Below, piece after piece: positions 18,054 through 25,780 of a stretch of DNA of 38,438 nt. The stretch spans positions 1 through 38,438 of the forward strand of contig JAEENR010000223.1 in assembly GCA_016283885.1 (NCBI GenBank), read 5' to 3'. Every line of letters begins with the position of its first letter. Positions within the stretch are counted from its first letter, which is position 1. The position numbers and the translations under genes were made by a program. Under the pieces are notes generated by a model that made no database searches, was not told the origin of the DNA, and saw only the letters and a list, made by a program, of their open reading frames with translations. The DNA is from Verrucomicrobiota bacterium. Its GTDB lineage: Bacteria > Verrucomicrobiota > Verrucomicrobiia > Limisphaerales > UBA1412.

Positions 18054-19362
18054 GTTTGTAAGCCTCGGCTAAAAGTGTCATGGGATGAACGACTCTGATA
18101 TTCAGATGTCTCTGTTTCATTCCATTGATAAGCTGGAGCATACAGCCGGAATTACCGTTGGCTACCACATCGGCACCGGTTTTCAAAATGTTGGCTATCT
18201 TCCTTTCCAGCAGCTTGTTTGCCATTTCCGGCTGGACGATGTTATAGATGCCGGCGCTGCCGCAGCACCAGTTGCTTTCCGGCAGTTCGATCAGTTCTAC
18301 ATCGGGGATCTTCTTCAGGATGGCCCGCGGCTGGAGGATGACTTTTTGTCCATGGGAAAGGTGGCAGCTTTCATGGTAAGTGACTTTTATCTTAGGACTT
18401 CCCGGAACAGACGGCGGTGCCTCGATGCCGATTTGATCCAGCCATTCGTGGATGTCTTTGACTTTGGAATCCCAGAGTTTGGCTCGTTCGCTCCAGGTGG
18501 GATCGTCTTTCAGAAAGGCGTAGTAATGTTTCATGTGCGAGCCGCAGCCGCCCGCGTTGCTGATGATGGCATCGAATTTTTCCGGCGGGAATTGCTGTAT
18601 CTGCTTTTTGGCCAATTCTCTGGCCAGTTCCGTTTCACCATTGTGTGCATGCAGTGAGCCGCAGCAGTACTGCCGTTTGGGTGAATAGACTTCGCAGCCG
18701 TTCCAGGCCAGTACTTCCACACAGTCCCGATTGATCTCGCTGAAGATCAAGTCCTGAGCGCAGCCGGTCAGGAAGGCGACCCGGTAGCGGCGTTTGCCGT
18801 TCCGAGCCGGAGTCGTTTCGCGGATCATTCCGGAGGAAAACTTGCGCGGGATGTCGGGCGTCATGGCTTCCAGTTCCTGTAACCGTTTGGGCATGAGCTT
18901 CATCACACCGCTGTGGCGGACAAGCCATTGGATGCCCAGCCGCTCGTACAGGCGCATCAGCCAGCCCAAAGCCAGCAGTTTGCGCAGATCCATGAAAAGC
19001 CAGTAGATCGTGCTGTAACGGATGACTTTGCGGACAGGATTGTCCAGCAGTTTGGAGCGTTCAGCTTCTGCGCGAAGATGTTCAAAGATCGTGGCGTAAT
19101 CCACTCCGGCGGGACAGGCACTGGTACAGGCCAGACAGCCCAGGCAGAAATACACCTCTTTGGCGAATTCCCGTGTCATGGGGATCTTGCCGTCAGCGAT
19201 GGCTCGCGCGGTGGCAATACGACCGCGCGGACTGTGCCGTTCACGTTTTGTTTCAACATAAGTTGGACAAACAGAAAGACATAAACCACAATGCATACAT
19301 TGCTGTAATGTAGCGTATTCCAGCCCGGCCCATACGGGCTTCTTGATTGTTAATTCCGACAT
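18037..19362 (-). CDS. GlcF-like Fe-S protein (two 4Fe-4S motifs plus two CCG domains)
   Basis: CMHCGLCLSVCP, SPRGRI, CLGCLACTSACP, CCG twice, YHESCHL; ATG at 19362 preferred over TTG at 19371. Confidence 0.88.
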   Translation of the reverse strand: MSELTIKKPVWAGLEYATLQQCMHCGLCLSVCPTYVETKRERHSPRGRIATARAIADGKIPMTREFAKEVYFCLGCLACTSACPAGVDYATIFEHLRAEAERSKLLDNPVRKVIRYSTIYWLFMDLRKLLALGWLMRLYERLGIQWLVRHSGVMKLMPKRLQELEAMTPDIPRKFSSGMIRETTPARNGKRRYRVAFLTGCAQDLIFSEINRDCVEVLAWNGCEVYSPKRQYCCGSLHAHNGETELARELAKKQIQQFPPEKFDAIISNAGGCGSHMKHYYAFLKDDPTWSERAKLWDSKVKDIHEWLDQIGIEAPPSVPGSPKIKVTYHESCHLSHGQKVILQPRAILKKIPDVELIELPESNWCCGSAGIYNIVQPEMANKLLERKIANILKTGADVVANGNSGCMLQLINGMKQRHLNIRVVHPMTLLAEAYKRGQKK

Positions 19363-19447
19363 ACCAGACAAAGTCTATCGCACTCGTTAAAATACCATAA
19401 GGCAGTGAAGATTAGAAGGAAATTTTCGGAAAGGGGCTGCATAAAAC

Positions 19448-19470
19448 AAAAAACCGGAGCGAGGCTCCGG
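19448..19470 (-). terminator. Terminator of the RRM gene
   Basis: CCGGAGC-3nt-GCTCCGG with T6 on the minus strand. Confidence 0.8.
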
Positions 19471-19543
19471 CTTCTGTGGTCTTGCAGACCAAAAATAACG
19501 CGTTTAGTAGTTTCTACTTATCGGCGGGATGATTATCTCGGTC

Positions 19544-19828
19544 TTAGCCGCGATTTTCACGGCGAGGCGGACGAGGAGGTCTTTCTTCGCGGGGGCGGGA
19601 TTCGCTCACCACGATGCGCCGGCCGCCCAATTCAGTTTCATTCAGGGCAGTGATGGCAGCTTGAGCTTCCTCATTGTTGGGCATCTCTACAAAACCGAAT
19701 CCCTTGGAACGGGCGGTACGGCGATCAACGACAACTTCGGCCAGGGTGACAGCACCGAACGGCTCAAAAGCTTTCCGCAAATCGTCATCAGTAGAGCTGA
19801 AGGCAATATTGCCTACGTATATTTTCAT
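19544..19828 (-). CDS. RNA-binding protein, RRM (RNP-1) family
   Basis: MKIYVGNI (RNP-2), SKGFGFVEM (RNP-1), Arg/Pro-rich tail; ATG at 19828. Confidence 0.95.
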   Translation of the reverse strand: MKIYVGNIAFSSTDDDLRKAFEPFGAVTLAEVVVDRRTARSKGFGFVEMPNNEEAQAAITALNETELGGRRIVVSESRPREERPPRPPRRENRG

Positions 19829-19906
19829 TATAATATTGTCTCGCAAATGGAATTTTATACTAATCGAAAGCAGACCTTCCACTGCGAATTCTAAAGAATG
19901 CCCCGA

Positions 19907-19937
19907 TAAAATTGAAGGTGAAGAACTTCACCTTCAA
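19907..19937 (-). terminator. Perfect 12-bp inverted repeat: terminator of tolC-tetR or hairpin in the RRM leader
   Basis: TTGAAGGTGAAG-aa-CTTCACCTTCAA, followed by TTTTA on the minus strand. Confidence 0.55.
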
Positions 19938-20014
19938 ACGCCGATTATTGATGCCTGAAACTCAGGCAATGTCAAGTATTCTTGTAAAAGAATGGACTGA
20001 AAATCAATAAGATG

Positions 20015-20659
20015 TTATTTAACTACGCCGGAAAGGAACATATCCACGATCATTTCCGCTTGTTTCTGGGTCAGGACAGGCGCTTTGTTGACGATCTGTC
20101 CGATCGTGAAACTGTTGGAATAGCCCATGAAGGCTTTTGCCAGATCAACGGAATCATAGTCAGACTTGAGAGCCCCCTCTTTCTTCTTTTCATCAAAGAA
20201 TTTCCCTAAAACTTCATAGAGTTTGCAGGCTTCCTCAAAGCATTTTTGGCGATAGGGGATCTCTTTTTCTGCCGCGAAGAATGAATAGTGGATCAGTCGG
20301 GACAGGGAGACCTTGTCATGGATCCTCTGGGAGGTAGTCAGAAGGATTCTTGTCAAAACTTCCTTGAACGTACCGCCTTTTTCCATTTGTTTTTTAAGGA
20401 ACTCATGCGATTCTTTCAGAGCAGAGTCAATGAGCGCGGCGAACAGGTCGGCTTTACTGTTGAAGTAGTAGTAAAGCGTCGGCTTGGTGAAGTCCGCGGC
20501 ATCTACGACATCCTGAATGGAGGTCGCGGAGTAGCCCATGCTGGTGAAGCATTTCAGAGCGGCACTCAATATCTGAGCTCTCGTTTTTTCGCTTTTTTTG
20601 CTTTTTCTTCCTCTTTCTGCAGGAGGAAGCTTCTTTGTCGGTTTTCTATTCCATCTCAT
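20015..20659 (-). CDS. TetR/AcrR family transcriptional regulator
   Basis: TRAQILSAA..F...GYSATSIQDVVDAA..TKPTLYYYFNSKADLF HTH. Confidence 0.94.
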   Translation of the reverse strand: MRWNRKPTKKLPPAERGRKSKKSEKTRAQILSAALKCFTSMGYSATSIQDVVDAADFTKPTLYYYFNSKADLFAALIDSALKESHEFLKKQMEKGGTFKEVLTRILLTTSQRIHDKVSLSRLIHYSFFAAEKEIPYRQKCFEEACKLYEVLGKFFDEKKKEGALKSDYDSVDLAKAFMGYSNSFTIGQIVNKAPVLTQKQAEMIVDMFLSGVVK

Positions 20660-20765
20660 ATACTTATTCTTTTTTAATGGGTCCGCAACAGGTAATGAGC
20701 AGGTTTTATTTCGTTCACTGATTCCACTTTATTACACTGTTTTATTTATTGCACCCAAAATTGTT

Positions 20766-22310
20766 TTATTCGTAGATCACTTCGATATTGTAGTTCTCCA
20801 GTGTGATCCCTTCTGTATAACGGAGATTGGCCAGGTTGATGTTGTAATTGACCAGGGCCTTGATCTCTGCCAGTTTGTTTTGAAAGAGTGTTGTCTGCAG
20901 CTGCAGCACTTCAAAGGATGTCGCCTTGCCGTGTTCCAGACGAACCTTGCCGGCTTCATAAGCCTGTTCGGCATATTGTCTGGCTTCGCGGGTGGAGGTG
21001 ATCGCCTCCAGACTGCTGTTGACGCTGTTGATGGCATTGTCGATCTCCACCATCACATTCTGCTCTTTCTGCTTCAACAGCAAGATGCTTTGTTCCCGTT
21101 CCGCTTTTCTTCTCTTGTAGGTATTACGGGCAGCGATCGTGCCGATGGGGACTGAAAGCTGACCGCCGATGCTATAATTCGGATAGGTGCCCTGAGCGAC
21201 CTGCGTCAGAGGACTTTCTCCATCCGCCCAGCCCGCGCCGGCGTGGCCGTAAGAACCGATCACGTCCAGCTGCGGAAAGAGTTGATTGAAAGAGTATTTG
21301 ATATTGATATCCTTGTTTTCCAGATCCACTTTCATCTGGAGCAGATCCGGACGGAGTGTCAAGCCTTTGTACCAGCTGTCCGCGCGGCTGGGAAGTGAGG
21401 CGATGGTGGTCAGCTCGTCGGTCAGGTTGAAATCGACATCCTGCCATTGCGAGAAATCATCGCTCAGTACCCGGCGGAGGTTGTTGGCCGCGGTCTTATA
21501 GGCTTGTTTCATACCGATGAGGGCGGATTTGGAGGAGGCGACCTGGGATTCCGCGTCTTTAGAGTCCAACTCGATCAGGGAACCCAGCTCTACTTTTTTA
21601 AGAGTTTCCTTCAGAAATTCCTCGGATTGATTCAGATTCTGTTCAGCTGCAACGACATCTTCCCGGGCTCCGATCAGGTTAAAGTAAGCAAGCTCGATCT
21701 GGTTGATAGTGGTCATCAGGTTGTACTGATAGGTCAACTCAGAGGAGTGCATCGTATTGCGTGCCACTCTGATGTTCATACGGCTGGAGTCAATCCACAT
21801 ATTTTTCAAGAGCGGCTGAGTGATAGTAATCCTGCCGCTGCCGTTGAACTGAGATTCATCACGGTTATAAACACCAGGAGAGTAACCACTTCTGGAGTAA
21901 GTGCCTTGAACTCCTACAGTGCTGCCCAGCGGAGTCAGAAAATTGAGCCCGGCAGTAGCATTGTCATTGTAGATTTCACTGTTGGTTGTGATGTAAGTTG
22001 TTCCTGTTTCGGTAGAACTGGGGTTCTTAGAATCGCTGTGCGTATAGCCCACTGTCAGGGTCGGATCGTATGCTCCATAGGCCATGGAGTAATCGTACTT
22101 GGACAGCATGGGCTGAAAGCGGTTGATTTTGATGTCCAGATTATGTTCCAAACCGATTTGGACGCAGTCGGTCAGGCTGAGAGACCGGATGTTCTCTGTC
22201 GTTGCCGTTGTTGTCCCTTGCTGGGTAGGATCAGTTTTACCATTCTCTTGAGCCGAGGCCATCGCCAGAGCACAGAGCAAAGCAGTTACCGAAAGCAGAT
22301 TTTTATTCAT
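20766..22310 (-). CDS. TolC family outer membrane efflux protein
   Basis: Signal peptide from ATG 22310; LSLTDCVQIGLEHNLDI, ITQPLLK, RPDL, PQLD, GKATSFEVLQLQ. Confidence 0.9.
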   Translation of the reverse strand: MNKNLLSVTALLCALAMASAQENGKTDPTQQGTTTATTENIRSLSLTDCVQIGLEHNLDIKINRFQPMLSKYDYSMAYGAYDPTLTVGYTHSDSKNPSSTETGTTYITTNSEIYNDNATAGLNFLTPLGSTVGVQGTYSRSGYSPGVYNRDESQFNGSGRITITQPLLKNMWIDSSRMNIRVARNTMHSSELTYQYNLMTTINQIELAYFNLIGAREDVVAAEQNLNQSEEFLKETLKKVELGSLIELDSKDAESQVASSKSALIGMKQAYKTAANNLRRVLSDDFSQWQDVDFNLTDELTTIASLPSRADSWYKGLTLRPDLLQMKVDLENKDINIKYSFNQLFPQLDVIGSYGHAGAGWADGESPLTQVAQGTYPNYSIGGQLSVPIGTIAARNTYKRRKAEREQSILLLKQKEQNVMVEIDNAINSVNSSLEAITSTREARQYAEQAYEAGKVRLEHGKATSFEVLQLQTTLFQNKLAEIKALVNYNINLANLRYTEGITLENYNIEVIYE

Positions 22311-22452
22311 CGCGCGGATATATAAATCACTAACTATGTGCATTCAATAGTTTGACTTTCACACGGGAGTATCTAAATGCGGAATACGCCCGCCGTTCAC
22401 CGGGAACAGGTTAAGAACAAAAAATCCAACCTGGTGAACACCAAAAGGCAAC

Positions 22453-22483
22453 ACAGATTACAACGAATCTGTACACTTGTAAA
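22453..22483 (-). promoter_or_regulatory. tolC-tetR promoter with overlapping candidate TetR operator
   Basis: TTTACA(22483-22478)-N17-TAATCT(22460-22455); inverted repeat ACAGATT-N6-AATCTGT (22453-22472) overlaps the spacer and -10. Confidence 0.6.
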
Positions 22484-22532
22484 CACCATCCATGAAGTAA
22501 AGTTTTGAAAAAATTTTTATTTTTTTTGTTTT

Positions 22533-23600
22533 TTACTTGTTCACGGGGAAGATAAAAATATCTCTGGAGGATATATAAAGATTATAACTGTTTTGTAAGG
22601 AAAGAGATGTATTCGGATTGAGGTCCAGCGATTTTAAAATTTTATCCGGAAAGATTTTTGAGCGGAACAGTGTCTCCCGCATGGCTCCCAGATAAAGGGT
22701 ATCCACGACGGACGCTTCCAGCCGGTTCGCGTCCTCCAGGGGTGTCAGCGAGACGGCTTCGGGACGGAACCCGATCTGGACCGGGGTGCCCGGCGGATAA
22801 GATCCGGTTGTCCGGACTTTCCAGAGGAAATCATTCACACGCACCAGGATAAGACCGTCATTCACGCTTTCCACATTTCCCTCGAACCAGTTGATCTCGC
22901 CCATAAAGTTGGCGCTGAAAGCACTGCCGGGCCGGCGATAGAGTTCCAGGGGTGTTCCTTTCTGTTCCAGATGACCGTCATGCAGCACCGCGATATGAGT
23001 GGCCAGGCTGAGCGCTTCGGATTGATCATGCGTCACATAGATCGTAGTGATCTTGGTTTCCGCGTGGATCCGCCGTATCTCATCCCGCATGGTCAGACGC
23101 AGCCGCGCGTCCAGATTGGACAGCGGTTCATCCAGCAGAAGCAGGTCGGGCCGGATGATGATAGCGCGCGCCAGTGCCACCCGCTGCTGCTGTCCGCCGG
23201 AAAGCTGATTGGGATGACGCTGGGCAAAGTCGCCCATGCGGACGGTCTCCAGTGCTTCCCGGACACGCGCTTTTTTCTCGGCGGCAGGGACTTTGCGCAC
23301 GTCCAGACCGTAGGCCACGTTTTGCTCCACGGTCAGATGCGGCCACAAGGCGTAATTCTGGAAAACCATCCCCGTGTTCCGCCGCTCTGCCGGAACTGTA
23401 TCCATCAGTTTGTCCCCGAAATAGATATGACCGCTGTCGGGCTGATAGAATCCGGCCAGCAGACGCAGCAGAGTCGTCTTGCCGCAGCCGCTGGGACCCA
23501 GCAGGAAAAAGAGTTCTCCGTCTTCTATCCTCAGCGATACCCGGTTGACCGCCACGGTATCGTTGAATTTTTTGGTCACTTCATCCAGTCGAACAAACAT
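22533..23600 (-). CDS. ABC transporter ATP-binding subunit (PotA/FbpC-like, TOBE domain)
   Basis: GPSGCGKT, FQNYALWPHL, LSGGQQQRVALARA, LLLDEPLSNLD, VTHDQ; start reassigned to ATG 23600. Confidence 0.92.
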   Translation of the reverse strand: MFVRLDEVTKKFNDTVAVNRVSLRIEDGELFFLLGPSGCGKTTLLRLLAGFYQPDSGHIYFGDKLMDTVPAERRNTGMVFQNYALWPHLTVEQNVAYGLDVRKVPAAEKKARVREALETVRMGDFAQRHPNQLSGGQQQRVALARAIIIRPDLLLLDEPLSNLDARLRLTMRDEIRRIHAETKITTIYVTHDQSEALSLATHIAVLHDGHLEQKGTPLELYRRPGSAFSANFMGEINWFEGNVESVNDGLILVRVNDFLWKVRTTGSYPPGTPVQIGFRPEAVSLTPLEDANRLEASVVDTLYLGAMRETLFRSKIFPDKILKSLDLNPNTSLSLQNSYNLYISSRDIFIFPVNK

Positions 23601-23671
23601 AACAGATATTTTTATCCAACGCGCCGAATCATACGCCTTCTTGCGTAAAACCTCCAGAGGAATATGAAATA

Positions 23672-23708
23672 AAAAGAACCACAGATACACACGGATAAAC
23701 ACAGATAA
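23672..23708. repeat. 3 x 10-nt CACRGAT microrepeat block, copy A
   Basis: aaaagaac-cacagataca-cacggataaa-cacagataa. Confidence 0.7.
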
Positions 23709-23792
23709 GTTATTTAATAAAAATATATTATGTAGATACATGAGACCCGCGCGTCTCTTTCGTTATCCGATCCTGCCAGGGATTCATTCTAT

Positions 23793-23887
23793 TGACCCGG
23801 AACGGGTCACAGATGGTAGCCGGAGGTGAGCGAAGCGTAACCCCCGGTAGCGCAAACACTAACATTCCACCCTGAAAGGGTGGCAGA
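23793..23887. repeat. REP/REPIN-like three-hairpin element, copy 2
   Basis: Same architecture as 14509-14604; the first 57 nt differ at 5 positions. Confidence 0.8.
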
Positions 23888-23895
23888 ACGAATTC

Positions 23896-23930
23896 AAAAG
23901 AACCACGGATGGACACAGATACGCACAGAT
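23896..23930. repeat. 3 x 10-nt CACRGAT microrepeat block, copy B
   Basis: aaaag-aaccacggat-ggacacagat-acgcacagat. Confidence 0.7.
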
Positions 23931-23948
23931 GATTTTTATCTTACGTCC

Positions 23949-23977
23949 TTGCGGTTTGGCAAAATACGTGCTATTTT
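23949..23977 (+). promoter_or_regulatory. Promoter of the FGE operon: sigma54-like -24/-12 overlapping a sigma70-like reading
   Basis: TTGGCAaaatacgTGCT has GG-N10-GC (23958-23971); alternatively TTGCGG-N17-TATTTT with extended TG. Confidence 0.4.
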
Positions 23978-24011
23978 TCTGGTGATGACCCATTAAATGG
24001 GATTTTGATCT

Positions 24012-25766
24012 ATGCATAATTTGAAATTAACATCTGGCCTGCTGGGGTTGGCACTGGCCGGAATGACCGTTCACGCCGCGGCACCCAGTCTCAGTTATGA
24101 GGTGAGCGGTAACGATCTGATAATAACCTACACCGGCACGCTCCTCCGGAGCAGTGACGCGGTGAACTGGACTGAGGTCGCGTCGGCCTCCAGTCCGTAT
24201 AAGGTCGCGTTGAGCGACAAAAAACTCTTTTTCTGCACAAAAGGTGCCACGAGCAAAGACATCACCATTCCGTTGTCGGATATGGTCGATCTGGACCTGA
24301 TCTGGATCGAGCCGGGCACGTTCCTGATGGGCAGTCCGGAAGACGAACTGGGCAGATTGAATAACGAAACCCAGCATAAAGTGACCCTGACACAGGGCTA
24401 CTGGCTGGGCAAGTATGAGATCACTCAGGCTCAGTACGAAGCGGTGACGGGAACGAATCCTTCTTCTTTTAAAGGAGGCGATCTGCCGGTGGATTCGGTC
24501 AGTTGGAATGACGCAAAGGAGTTCTGCGCCAAGCTGAACGCCCAGGAAAAGGCGGCGGGCCGACTGCCGGAAGGGTATAAATACACTCTGCCGACCGAAG
24601 CCCAGTGGGAATATGCCTGCCGTGCCGGAACGACTACGGCATTTAATAATGGAACCAATATCCCGACGATAGAACAAGCCGAAGATGAATTTTGTCCCAA
24701 TCTGGATGAAGTGGGATGGTATATTTTCAATAGTGAAAAAAGCACCCATCCGGCAGGACAAAAGATGCCAAACGCCTGGGGCTTGTATGACATGCACGGA
24801 AATGTATTTGAATGGTGCCTGGATCGGTTTGGAGATTATCCGATCAAAGCCGTGACGGATCCGACAGGTCCCGGTACAGGCTCGGAGCGTATCGCCCGCG
24901 GAGGCGGCTATCCTTTTCTGGCATGGGGCTGCCGTTCGGCATTCCGCGCCTACAGCTATCCTGACACAAGTGGCAACTTCCTCGGTTTCCGCGTGGCCTT
25001 GACATCTACCAAAGACATCACCATCCCGTTGTCGAACAATGTCAATTTAGACCTGATCTGGATCGAGCCGGGTACGTTCACGATGGGCAGTCCGGAGGAT
25101 GAACCGGGCAGGAATAAGGATGAAACTCAGCATAAAGTAACACTGAGCAAAGGCTACTGGCTGGGCCAGTATGAGATCACACAGGCGCAGTACAGAGCCA
25201 TCATGCCATCCAATCCTTCCGAGTTCATGGGAGCCGATCTGCCGGTGGAATCGGTCAGCTGGGAGGACGCGATGGAGTTTTGCAAAAAATTGACGGCGAA
25301 AGAACAAACCGCGGGCCGCCTGCCTGCCGGTTACGAATACACACTGCCGACCGAAGCCCAGTGGGAATATGCCTGCCGCGCCGGTACGACCACAGCCTTG
25401 TACAGCGGAAAGGATCTGACTTCTACAGGTAATTGTCCTAATGTGAATGAGTTGGCGTGGTATAAATACAACAGCGGCGGCAAGACCCATGAGGTTGGAC
25501 AGAAGCTGCCGAATGCCTGGGGACTTTATGACATGTGCGGGAACGTATTTGAATGGTGTCTGGACTGGTACGGAGATTATCCCGAAGATCCTGTGACGGA
25601 TCCCGTAGGAAAGACCTCCGGTTCCGGTCGTGTGGATCGCGGTGGCAGTTGGGGACACTATGCCGGACTTTGCCGTTCCGGCGACAGAAATGATGCTGGT
25701 CCAGGTATGAAGGCCGGACATGTTGGCTTCCGTTTAGCTCTCGCACCTGCACAGTCCGCAGAATAA
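24012..25766 (+). CDS. Secreted protein with two tandem FGE-sulfatase (SUMF1/EgtB/PvdO-type, C-lectin fold) domains
   Basis: Signal peptide; twice IEPGTFxMGSP, YEITQAQY, LPTEAQWEYACRAG, PNAWGLYDMxGNVFEWC, RGG...CRS...GFR; lacks the catalytic FGE CxxxxC pair. Confidence 0.9.
   Translation: MHNLKLTSGLLGLALAGMTVHAAAPSLSYEVSGNDLIITYTGTLLRSSDAVNWTEVASASSPYKVALSDKKLFFCTKGATSKDITIPLSDMVDLDLIWIEPGTFLMGSPEDELGRLNNETQHKVTLTQGYWLGKYEITQAQYEAVTGTNPSSFKGGDLPVDSVSWNDAKEFCAKLNAQEKAAGRLPEGYKYTLPTEAQWEYACRAGTTTAFNNGTNIPTIEQAEDEFCPNLDEVGWYIFNSEKSTHPAGQKMPNAWGLYDMHGNVFEWCLDRFGDYPIKAVTDPTGPGTGSERIARGGGYPFLAWGCRSAFRAYSYPDTSGNFLGFRVALTSTKDITIPLSNNVNLDLIWIEPGTFTMGSPEDEPGRNKDETQHKVTLSKGYWLGQYEITQAQYRAIMPSNPSEFMGADLPVESVSWEDAMEFCKKLTAKEQTAGRLPAGYEYTLPTEAQWEYACRAGTTTALYSGKDLTSTGNCPNVNELAWYKYNSGGKTHEVGQKLPNAWGLYDMCGNVFEWCLDWYGDYPEDPVTDPVGKTSGSGRVDRGGSWGHYAGLCRSGDRNDAGPGMKAGHVGFRLALAPAQSAE
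24254..25763 (+). repeat. Intragenic tandem duplication, 756-bp offset (24254-25009 and 25010-25763)
   Basis: CAAAGACATCACCAT at both 24254 and 25010; long shared DNA stretches such as CTGCCGACCGAAGCCCAGTGGGAATATGCCTGCCG. Confidence 0.9.
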
Positions 25767-25780
25767 GAGTCTATTGGCAA

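Noticed and set aside
23601-23741. 47-aa N-terminal extension of the ABC ATPase in the ORF track
   Set aside because: It is translated from the CACRGAT microrepeats and AT-rich spacer; the ATPase fold begins at ATG 23600.
23728-23916. 62-aa minus-strand ORF
   Set aside because: It spans the REP-like element and is most likely a translation artefact.
23672-23930. CRISPR array
   Set aside because: Units are 10 nt with no unique spacers of CRISPR length, and no cas genes are present.
24012-25766. A complete diversity-generating retroelement, or an active formylglycine-generating enzyme
   Set aside because: No reverse transcriptase, Avd or AAC-rich template repeat is in the window, and the catalytic Cys pair of FGE is absent.
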